Part shown: piece after piece, positions 1 through 6,719 of the stretch
How the letters are laid out: each line of letters begins with the position of its first letter
How positions within the stretch are numbered: the stretch's first letter is position 1
UHGV virus genome: UHGV-0868109
Reading direction: 5' to 3' (one strand)
Length of the DNA: 38,226 nucleotides
Origin: a virus
Program-made: the position numbers and the translations under genes
Notes under the pieces: generated by a model
The model's database searches: none
What the model was told of the DNA's origin: nothing
Seen by the model: the letters and a program-made list of their open reading frames with translations, nothing else

Positions 1-209
1 TCTCCGCTTACCCATGCATCTCCGTATACCCGTGCATCTCCGCTTACCCATGCATTTCCGTATACCCGTGCATTTTCGCTTACCCGTGCATTTCCGTATA
101 CCCGTGCATTTCCGTATACCCGTGCATTTCCATATACCTGTGCATCTCCGTATACCTGTGCATTTCCGCACACCCGTGCATTTCCGTATACCCATGCATT
201 TCCGCTTTG
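1..209. repeat. Tandem 18-bp repeat (consensus CCCGTGCATTTCCGTATA), at least 11 copies, continuing past the window start
   Basis: Direct reading: units at 12-29, 30-47 and so on to 192-209 with minor variants. Both strands are open across the array (plus-strand ORF 14..214 gives HFRIPV repeats, minus strand gives YGNARV repeats). Confidence 0.9.
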
Positions 210-347
210 GTTGAGATTATCTTCTTTTTCCACGTATCCACCAAGATCGCCCTCTTCCACGTCTGAAAAGCTTTTCAAAGCCTTGATCCGGTGGAGTATT
301 CTGCCACCTACCGTAATAGTGTCATCTGTTAATTCATGTTTTTTCAT
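1..347 (-). CDS. Hexapeptide-repeat (left-handed beta-helix-like) protein, N-terminal part; the gene continues beyond position 1
   Basis: ATG at 347 preceded by AAGGAGAGGAGAAGG. Translation MKKHELTDDTITVGGRILHRIKALKSF...NQSGNAWVYGNARVCGNAQVYGDAQVYGNARVYGNARV with period-6 V-x-G-x-A-x repeats. No stop before the window edge. Confidence 0.6.
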   Translation of the reverse strand, partial: MKKHELTDDTITVGGRILHRIKALKSFSDVEEGDLGGYVEKEDNLNQSGNAWVYGNARVCGNAQVYGDAQVYGNARVYGNARVYGNARVSENARVYGNAWVSGDARVYGDAWVSG

Positions 348-363
348 TTTCCTTCTCCTCTCC

Positions 364-525
364 TTATATCTGCCCAAAAGCTACACAGCAGACCATCAGG
401 GCAATCGAAAAACCAATCACGAACCAAAAGGCTTTCTCAACGACCTTATCATATGTATCCGGCTGTCTTACCGGTCCTTTTGTCTGCTTTCTCTTCCTGA
501 TCTGAATTACCTTTAACTGCTCCAC
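364..525 (-). CDS. Small membrane protein (53 aa, GTG start)
   Basis: GTG at 525 preceded by AAAGGAGGTGAGAGAC. Product ...KAFWFVIGFSIALMVCCVAFGQI has one hydrophobic helix. It is below the ORF-track length cutoff. Confidence 0.4.
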   Translation of the reverse strand: MEQLKVIQIRKRKQTKGPVRQPDTYDKVVEKAFWFVIGFSIALMVCCVAFGQI

Positions 526-588
526 GTCTCTCACCTCCTTTAAGTTTGAGTACCATACATTTTTACATCATTCTCAAACCTGCACCTG

Positions 589-969
589 CTACACGGACTG
601 CTCACTCACTTCTCCCTCCATTTTTCTTACAAGCACCATTGCCTCCAGTGGATCATAAGCAGGAACATATTTTCTGCCTGCTCCCTCCAAATGCTTGAAA
701 AACCGGTTATAATCTGCATACACTGCCTTATCAATAAATCTTTCAATCAATGCACTTTCCGGGTATCTCCCGGATTTGATTTCTCTCCGGATTCCCTCTT
801 TCCTATTCTTCACAGTTCCCATTGACTGCCCGTACATATCACGGAAATAGGAAGTCTTGCCATACTGGTTGATGGGTTTCTTCTCTTCTTTGACTGCTTC
901 TGCTATCAGAGGAAGGATTTCATAAATATGTTCCAATTCTGCAATAGCTTGTGCTTTGGTCATTGGCAT
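589..969 (-). CDS. Hypothetical early protein (126 aa)
   Basis: ORF with GAGGTGA SD 7 nt upstream of the ATG at 969. Tightly packed with its neighbours. Confidence 0.55.
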   Translation of the reverse strand: MPMTKAQAIAELEHIYEILPLIAEAVKEEKKPINQYGKTSYFRDMYGQSMGTVKNRKEGIRREIKSGRYPESALIERFIDKAVYADYNRFFKHLEGAGRKYVPAYDPLEAMVLVRKMEGEVSEQSV

Positions 970-975
970 TCTGTA

Positions 976-1164
976 TCACCTCACTTTCTTAAACTCTTCG
1001 GTAGAAATAGCACTGTCTTTTACACTAACCTCCACCGTTTTGGGCGGCGAACCAATATATTGAATTGTACGTTCTACAATTTCCATCACGCATTCTCCAC
1101 AATGCGGGCAGTAATTTGCATTTTCCGGAAGATCATCAAAACACCTCGGGCAAATTTTTGTCAT
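976..1164 (-). CDS. Zinc-ribbon protein (CPRC...CPHC), about 62 aa
   Basis: ATG at 1164 with GAGGTGAGGAAG SD. Two CxxC pairs. The listed ORF starts three codons earlier at a GTG. Confidence 0.55.
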   Translation of the reverse strand: MTKICPRCFDDLPENANYCPHCGECVMEIVERTIQYIGSPPKTVEVSVKDSAISTEEFKKVR

Positions 1165-1336
1165 CTTCCTCACCTCGCTTTCTCTTCCTTTCAGTATCTC
1201 TGCATTGTTCCTGCTGCCTCAAGAGCAAGGTATTAGCATCCCTTGTCAACAGAATAATGTCCGGCAAATCAATTTGTTCCAAAATTGCCACCATATTGTT
1301 AATTTCCTGTCGTTTCTTTTTTTCAAGATCCAACAT
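1136..1336 (-). CDS. Hypothetical small protein; first gene of the lytic-side operon (start uncertain, 1336 or 1417)
   Basis: ORF 1136..1417. The internal ATG at 1336 has a GGGAGA SD and the 1417 start has none. No HTH recognised. Confidence 0.3.
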   Translation of the reverse strand: MLDLEKKKRQEINNMVAILEQIDLPDIILLTRDANTLLLRQQEQCRDTERKRKRGEEDDKNLPEVF

Positions 1337-1610
1337 GTAACATCTCCCTTCTGCTATAATATTGGTTGCGGACTGCAAATCGCCTCTTTGAAAGGAGGTG
1401 ATATATTGAAAATCCATAAAATTGTAAAATCGGATAAGCTCATCCGAAAATATGAAAAGTTCGGATATGAGCTTCTGTATTTTACTTACACGGGTAATGA
1501 CCTCTCCACAATGTCAGCCCATTTAGAAAAGGAACTTTAATGTTCCGGGTAACTATCAACCTTTCTCCAATGCAGTCCGCTGCTTTCTTAAGCAACTGTT
1601 TGTTGCTTGT

Positions 1611-1645
1611 GAGATTATAATATATCACAAAATCAATATTGTCAA
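1611..1645 (-). promoter_or_regulatory. Sigma-70-like promoter driving leftward (lytic-side) transcription
   Basis: On the minus strand: TTGACA (1645-1640), 17-nt spacer, TATTAT (1622-1617). Confidence 0.4.
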
Positions 1646-1655
1646 TCTCTTTTTC

Positions 1656-1693
1656 ATTGTTTATGAGATATTTTATTGTTTATGAGATATTTT
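1656..1693. promoter_or_regulatory. Perfect tandem 19-bp direct repeat ATTGTTTATGAGATATTTT x2 between the divergent promoters; candidate repressor operators
   Basis: 1656-1674 and 1675-1693 are identical and lie upstream of both -35 elements. Confidence 0.45.
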
Positions 1694-1696
1694 GTA

Positions 1697-1725
1697 TTGA
1701 CGAAAAATGTAACGCTGTGTATAAT
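1697..1725 (+). promoter_or_regulatory. Promoter of the CI-like repressor gene
   Basis: TTGACG (1697-1702), 17-nt spacer, extended -10 TGtTATAAT (1717-1725). Confidence 0.55.
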
Positions 1726-1753
1726 GTAAATCAAGAAAGGCGGTGAGCATTTT

Positions 1754-2140
1754 TTGAAAGATCGTTTAAAAAAATTACGCAAAGAATTAGATTTAACACA
1801 ACAAGCTTTTGCAGATAAAATAGGAATGAAGCAAAACACAATTGCTCAATATGAAATGGGTAGAACAACCCCTAGTGACGCAATTATATTTTCTATATGT
1901 AGAGAATTTGGAGTTAATGAGAAGTGGTTAAGATCTGGTGAAGGCGAAATGTTTGAGGAATTGACTGATCAGCAGAAAATTCTGAAATACACAGCATTAC
2001 TGCTCAAAGATAAAGATTCGGCTGTAGCAGACGCTATTCAAACATTAATTGTTACTTATGAGCAACTGGACGATACAAGTAAAGCAGTATTGGAAAAGAT
2101 TGCTAAGCAATATATTGATAACTTAAAAAAGAGCCAGTAA
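1754..2140 (+). CDS. CI-like XRE-family HTH repressor (128 aa, no S24 peptidase domain)
   Basis: TTG start with AAAGG/GGTGA SD. N-terminal LRKELDLTQQAFADKIGMKQNTIAQYEMGRTTPS is a classic XRE HTH. Divergent from the lytic-side promoter. Confidence 0.8.
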   Translation: MKDRLKKLRKELDLTQQAFADKIGMKQNTIAQYEMGRTTPSDAIIFSICREFGVNEKWLRSGEGEMFEELTDQQKILKYTALLLKDKDSAVADAIQTLIVTYEQLDDTSKAVLEKIAKQYIDNLKKSQ

Positions 2141-2157
2141 GCACTGACTCTCCATGA

Positions 2158-2280
2158 CTACTTCTCAATGTAACTTCGGATAAATACAAGTACTTCTCGT
2201 ATTTTTTCCGGAGATTGTTTTCGAAGCAATTCAACAATGAAGTCGATATCTTGTTGTTTTGTACAATTATCTTTTTCCAT
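2158..2280 (-). CDS. Small ORF (40 aa) downstream of the XRE gene, convergent with the repressor gene
   Basis: ATG at 2280 with GGAGG 8 nt upstream. Below the ORF-track cutoff. Function unknown. Confidence 0.3.
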   Translation of the reverse strand: MEKDNCTKQQDIDFIVELLRKQSPEKIREVLVFIRSYIEK

Positions 2281-2467
2281 ATGTATGACCTCCGTTCTCG
2301 TGCAGAACGCTTGTTCGAAATTCCTTAATCAGATAATACTACATTTCCTGTAGTAAATCAATAGGAAAATCGAACACACGTTCCATTTATTTGTTCCTAC
2401 ATTAATAGAACAATCGAGAACGGAAATACATACGGCATTTTAATCAATCGTCCGGTATACCGGACAC

Positions 2468-2665
2468 TTATTCAGAATCAGGATCAAAAAGGTCTGTAAT
2501 ATCACATTTCAGACCAACAGCAAGCTTTCCGAGCGTCCTGATTCGTGGATTAGAGTCTTCACGCATACATTCCTGTATGGTAGAACGTGGAACTCCTGAC
2601 ATTAAGGAAAGCTGACGTACAGATAGATTTTTTTCATACATGATTTTTTCTAATAATATTTTCAT
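2468..2665 (-). CDS. Small XRE-family HTH regulator (65 aa)
   Basis: LSVRQLSLMSGVPRSTIQECMRE HTH. Followed by a GTCCGGTATACCGGAC palindrome at 2449-2464. Confidence 0.7.
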   Translation of the reverse strand: MKILLEKIMYEKNLSVRQLSLMSGVPRSTIQECMREDSNPRIRTLGKLAVGLKCDITDLFDPDSE

Positions 2666-2773
2666 GCAATTAGTATTGGTAAATGTTTTAAAAATATATC
2701 TGTAAAATTATGGTATATTCGGCTTTGCCGTTTATATACGAAATCTTATGGTGTAACTAAAGGAACGGGGCAA

Positions 2774-3664
2774 ATGAGGAGGAAAAGTTTTATGAAAAAG
2801 ATTTTGACATTCCTTTTAATTGGAATGCTTATACTATCCTGCACAACTCTAACGGGATGTGGCAAAAAAGAAAGTTCAAAGACAGAATATACTATGGATG
2901 AGTTCGCTGATATGTATAACGAAACTCAATCGCTTTTTAAAAAAGAAGCTGAAAAAGCATACCTTACTGATGAGGAGCGTTATTCAGAAAAAGGACAACA
3001 GCTTTATAAAAAATGTTCCGAAAAGACTGGCTTGCCTTTTAACAAGGAGCTCACTCTTCGTGGTGTAAAATATCAGGGATACGGGTGCGTGGATTTGAAA
3101 TCCAATGACGAGAAAACCTCTATTCAATGCCTCTTTGCCCAGTCTGTTGATAACTTTTGGATATTAATACCTGACGGAACTACTGTTTCGATTAAAGGCA
3201 CTTTTTCACCAGAATCAGCTCCAGGAGCTTACGGAACACTATTTGATGTAAGTCTTGTATCTCCTGATATTGACATCAAATATGAACCCACAGACATTAA
3301 AGACGCATTAAAAGTAATCACTAATGAGCAAGGTTATGAGAGCAACATTATTATTGAGGGCGAAATTTCTGAAATCATGACCCGTGATGAAGTGGAAGAA
3401 ATAGTGGGCGGGTATGTTGATATCTCTTCTGCATTGCATGACGATGCCGCACTGATAAAGGGCGAGGATGGGAGTATTATTATCTTTTATGACAAAACCT
3501 TTACTGGTGAACTGACTGCCGGGGATAAAATAGCTGTTCAGGGAGCGTTGCAAAATGGATTCGGATATGAAAATCCTGCTACAAAAAAATATTCCTGCCT
3601 AATAGGTGTGATGCCTGATGTTGATGATTGCTACAACTTCACAGCACATCAAGACGATGAATAA
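2774..3664 (+). CDS. Secreted lipoprotein; candidate superinfection-exclusion protein (alternative start 2792)
   Basis: Signal peptide plus lipobox MKKILTFLLIGMLILSCTTLTGC. GAGGAGG SD before the ATG at 2792. Position between repressor and integrase. Confidence 0.7.
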   Translation: MRRKSFMKKILTFLLIGMLILSCTTLTGCGKKESSKTEYTMDEFADMYNETQSLFKKEAEKAYLTDEERYSEKGQQLYKKCSEKTGLPFNKELTLRGVKYQGYGCVDLKSNDEKTSIQCLFAQSVDNFWILIPDGTTVSIKGTFSPESAPGAYGTLFDVSLVSPDIDIKYEPTDIKDALKVITNEQGYESNIIIEGEISEIMTRDEVEEIVGGYVDISSALHDDAALIKGEDGSIIIFYDKTFTGELTAGDKIAVQGALQNGFGYENPATKKYSCLIGVMPDVDDCYNFTAHQDDE

Positions 3665-3672
3665 TTAAAAAA

Positions 3673-3696
3673 CCGCCCCTTCGCCAAAAGGAGCGG
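3673..3696. terminator. GC-rich hairpin (CCGCCCCTT...AAGGAGCGG) after an A-run; oriented as a minus-strand or bidirectional terminator
   Basis: Stem of 9 bp with one mismatch. The A8 run at 3665-3672 gives a U-tract only on the minus-strand transcript. Confidence 0.35.
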
Positions 3697-3855
3697 TACT
3701 GGAAGAAACACACGCCAATGTGCTTCTTTTGGTAACTCCGAAGAGATACACTAATGCCAATGAATATTGTATCATCTTCGGAGCAGTCACGCAAGAGAAC
3801 AACCGTTCTGTGCTGGCTGTTATTTTTATACTCAAAAACAGAAAGGAAGATGATT

Positions 3856-4950
3856 ATGTGGGTAGAAGAAAGAAAAACCGGATTCAAATTTGTTGAACGC
3901 TACACCGACCCAATGACAGGAAAGACCAGGAGGGTTTCTGTTGTAATGGAGAAAAATACGGCACAGTCGAGAAAGCTGGCTGCCGTTGCACTGTCTGAAA
4001 AGATTGACAAGGCACTGCTGCCACAGGTGGACAAGATCCGCTTGAAAGACCTGGTGGATCTATACAGAAAAGAACAGTTCCGAACGCTTAAGCAGTCAAC
4101 CTATCGCAGAAACAGTGCTGTGTGCAATACGCTAATGAAGATACTGGATCCTGAAATCTATGTTGACAAGCTCACCGCAGGTTACATCCGTGAGCGATTT
4201 CTCAATACTGGTCGGGAACACAGTACATTAAACGAATGGATGATTCGTCTAAAAGCTTTGCTTCGTTGGGGATATCGCAATGACTATATTAAAGACATAT
4301 CCTATCTCAACAAAATAGAAAGATTCAGCGATATTCCGCACCGCCAAAAGATTGAGGATAAGTTTCTTGAATCTGCCGAACTGAAAGAATTGCTCTCCGG
4401 CATGACAATTCTAAAATGGAAACTCCTTACCGAGTTCCTTGCACTATCCGGGTTGCGATTCGGTGAAGCCGCCGCTCTCACGAAGTCTGACGTTGACTTG
4501 AAAAACAGGAAAATCCACGTGACTAAAACCTACGACAGTGTGGCTGATATTACTACAACGCCCAAAACAGCCTGTTCCGTACGTGACGTATATATTCAGG
4601 ATGAATTGCTTACGGTTTGCAGAAACGTGCTTCTAGGCTGTCACAGCGGCACTGTAGTTTCAATCAGTAGCGTATTCTTTCCCGGTACAATCCGGGAGCA
4701 TATTGAATTTGATTGTTATGCAAAATATCTAAGGGAAACATCTCAGAGAGTTATTGGACGCAGGATCACGCCTCATACACTCAGGCACACTCACGCAAGT
4801 TTGCTGATGGAACAGGGAATTGATATTGATAGCATATCCAAAAGACTCGGACATAATGACAGCAGGATTACTAGAGAGATCTATCTGCACGTAACAAAGA
4901 AACTTGAAGAACAGAGAAATGCACAGATCAAAGAATTAAAAATTTTATAG
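3856..4950 (+). CDS. int: Tyrosine recombinase (phage integrase)
   Basis: N-terminal MWVEERKTGFKFVERYTDPMTGK. C-terminal HTLRHTHASLL...LGHNDSRITREIYLHV (R, HxxR and Y catalytic motifs). AGGAAG SD before the ATG at 3856. The listed ORF extends upstream to 3754. Confidence 0.9.
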   Translation: MWVEERKTGFKFVERYTDPMTGKTRRVSVVMEKNTAQSRKLAAVALSEKIDKALLPQVDKIRLKDLVDLYRKEQFRTLKQSTYRRNSAVCNTLMKILDPEIYVDKLTAGYIRERFLNTGREHSTLNEWMIRLKALLRWGYRNDYIKDISYLNKIERFSDIPHRQKIEDKFLESAELKELLSGMTILKWKLLTEFLALSGLRFGEAAALTKSDVDLKNRKIHVTKTYDSVADITTTPKTACSVRDVYIQDELLTVCRNVLLGCHSGTVVSISSVFFPGTIREHIEFDCYAKYLRETSQRVIGRRITPHTLRHTHASLLMEQGIDIDSISKRLGHNDSRITREIYLHVTKKLEEQRNAQIKELKIL

Positions 4951-5215
4951 TTTGCCCCCTTTATGCCCCCTTTTGACAATAAAAAATCTCTGAACCCCTT
5001 GCAAACACTGGATTTACAGGAGATTCAGAGATTCAGTCTAATGCCGCAGACCGGCTACCCTATATATATAAATAGGTATAAACACTGTAAGAATATTTGA
5101 TTTTCACAAATTTCTCACACATTTCAATGCAAGCAAATATAATAACTTGCCCCCTATTTGCCCCCGCTTGAGATGATACGATATTCAGCCCCGGAGTTAC
5201 TGCTCCGGGGTAATC
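4951..5215. other. Predicted attP region: two paired TGCCCCC direct-repeat sites flanking an AT-rich segment with a 9-bp inverted repeat
   Basis: TGCCCCC at 4953 and 4964, and again at 5148 and 5159, each pair 11 bp apart. ATCTCTGAA (4986-4994) and TTCAGAGAT (5024-5032). Lies immediately 3' of int. Confidence 0.35.
5189..5210. terminator. Stem-loop CCCCGGAG-ttactg-CTCCGGGG between convergent int and accessory transcription units
   Basis: Perfect 8-bp GC-rich stem. Weak T-richness follows on the plus strand. Confidence 0.35.
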
Positions 5216-5527
5216 TTATTCCCTTGTGGCATTTGCTTTGTTCTTTCCGATTTCGAGATACAATATCATCTCTTGTGGCATTTGCTTTTTTATCATCTCC
5301 CCCATTTCTTCTATTGTGATCAGATCCATGAGTTCCATCATCTTCCTGTTTAATTTTTCCGGTATTCCTAACGCCACCGCTCTCGGATAGATCATCACAA
5401 GGCACTTCATCGGATATCTGTCTGATATCCAGTTATACGGATCGTGGACACCTCCGTTTAATACTTGCAGTGTTCGCTGATATATTTCTCCGATCAATTC
5501 CACTTTTTCCCTTGTATACATAGCCAT
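5216..5527 (-). CDS. Hypothetical accessory protein (103 aa)
   Basis: ORF 6 nt downstream of the preceding gene, probably co-transcribed from duplicated promoter copy A. Confidence 0.5.
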   Translation of the reverse strand: MAMYTREKVELIGEIYQRTLQVLNGGVHDPYNWISDRYPMKCLVMIYPRAVALGIPEKLNRKMMELMDLITIEEMGEMIKKQMPQEMILYLEIGKNKANATRE

Positions 5528-5532
5528 TCACC

Positions 5533-6036
5533 TCACTTTGTCCAGTTTTCTTTCATTTCAATCACATCTTTCATTACCGTTTCCGGTACGTCTTTCATTT
5601 TTTTTAATTCTTCCTCTGTGTATCCCATCTTGTTAAGTTCTCTTGCTATCATTACCGGTGTTACTTCTTCCGGCTTTGCATTTTCGTTTTCTCCCTTCAG
5701 TTCTTCCAGTGCTGCATTCAGAGCTTTTCCAAACACTTCCCGCGAATCCTCTTCTTTTTCATCCTGTTTAGGAATGTAGACAACGATGGTTTTTTCTTCC
5801 TTGTCATAGCTTCCTGATTTTGTTTTACAGTCTGCATAGTTCTCTTTGTATTCGCTGTATTTCATTTCTACTTCTTCACAGTTTTCTGCTTTTTCTTCGT
5901 TCATTTTCTTTTTATAGCATTCTGGGCAGAGTCCGCTTTTTCCGAAATATTTAATCTTTCTTTCACGTTCTTCTGCTTTTCCGTAGATCTGTACTTCTTG
6001 TGTGTGTCCACAGCTAAACGTTACATCGTACTTCAT
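5533..6036 (-). CDS. Acidic protein with an N-terminal zinc ribbon (167 aa)
   Basis: CGH...CPEC motif and a Glu/Lys-rich tail. AAAGGAG SD before the ATG. Confidence 0.55.
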   Translation of the reverse strand: MKYDVTFSCGHTQEVQIYGKAEERERKIKYFGKSGLCPECYKKKMNEEKAENCEEVEMKYSEYKENYADCKTKSGSYDKEEKTIVVYIPKQDEKEEDSREVFGKALNAALEELKGENENAKPEEVTPVMIARELNKMGYTEEELKKMKDVPETVMKDVIEMKENWTK

Positions 6037-6140
6037 TGCTTCGTTCTCCTTTCTTTCCTCTCTGTAATTATAATATACACCAATTCAGTGTATATGTCAA
6101 TAGTTTTTTCACCGATTTAGTGTATTTTTAAAAAGTGAAT
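6037..6140 (-). promoter_or_regulatory. Promoter-operator unit, copy A: TTGACA-17-TATATT with two CAC-N7-GTG palindromes
   Basis: -35 at 6100-6095, -10 at 6077-6072. Palindromes at 6074-6094 and 6110-6122. About 90% identical to copy B. Confidence 0.5.
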
Positions 6141-6161
6141 GTAGAATCACAACCTTTCAGA

Positions 6162-6581
6162 TTACAGGCAGTACATAATATAATACGTGTTGCCATTATC
6201 TTCGACAATTCCCCAGTCTGGAATTGCTATCTTTTCCTCTAGCATTTTTCTATACTTTTCTTGCTCTTCTTCGTCAACTCCCCATTCTTCCATGTAATCA
6301 TCGAAGTGTCTTTCAAAGTCTTCTCCTTCGAATACTACAGTGCCTCTTTTAAGTTCTTCTTCCGCTTTTCTTTTTGAATATCCATTTTTCATTAATACTT
6401 CGATATCAGTCATCTTTTTTCCTCCTCTCAGAATCTCGGCTACAACTAGCCGTTCTACATAGTCGGGGCATTTGCTAAGCCCCTTCTCCCAATTTTCGAG
6501 ACTCCTGTACGGAATCCCGAGTTTCCGGGACACGTCCTTTCTGGACATCCCCCGTGCCTTGCGAGCTTCTTCAATATTCAT
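6162..6581 (-). CDS. HTH (XRE-like) DNA-binding protein with an acidic C-terminal domain (139 aa)
   Basis: MSRKDVSRKLGIPYRSLENWEKG HTH. First gene after the late terminator, behind promoter copy B. Confidence 0.6.
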   Translation of the reverse strand: MNIEEARKARGMSRKDVSRKLGIPYRSLENWEKGLSKCPDYVERLVVAEILRGGKKMTDIEVLMKNGYSKRKAEEELKRGTVVFEGEDFERHFDDYMEEWGVDEEEQEKYRKMLEEKIAIPDWGIVEDNGNTYYIMYCL

Positions 6582-6682
6582 CGCTTCGCTCTCCTTTCTT
6601 TCCTCTCTGCAATTATAATATACACTAAATTGGTGTATATATCAATGGTTTTTCACTAATTTAGTGTGTTTTAGAGCAAAAA
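6582..6682 (-). promoter_or_regulatory. Promoter-operator unit, copy B: TTGATA-17-TATATT with two CAC-N7-GTG palindromes
   Basis: -35 at 6645-6640. Palindromes TACACTAAATTGGTGTA (6621-6637) and CACTAATTTAGTG (6654-6666). Confidence 0.5.
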
Positions 6683-6707
6683 AATAAGGCCGGAGAAACC
6701 TCCGACC
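6678..6707 (-). terminator. Rho-independent terminator of the late/lysis operon
   Basis: Minus-strand transcript GGUCGGAG-guuu-CUCCGGCC followed by UUAUUUUUUU, immediately after the endolysin stop. Confidence 0.7.
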
Positions 6708-6719
6708 TTGTTAATCATT

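Noticed and set aside
14-214. Plus-strand 66-aa ORF of HFRIPV repeats
   Set aside because: A by-product of the 18-bp tandem repeat being open in several frames. The minus-strand frame has a proper SD and a non-repetitive N-terminus, and the plus-strand ORF has no RBS
4951-5215. tRNA gene or tRNA 3' fragment at the attachment region
   Set aside because: No cloverleaf-compatible segment, T-loop (GGTTCRANYCC) or CCA-adjacent acceptor stem was recognisable by eye
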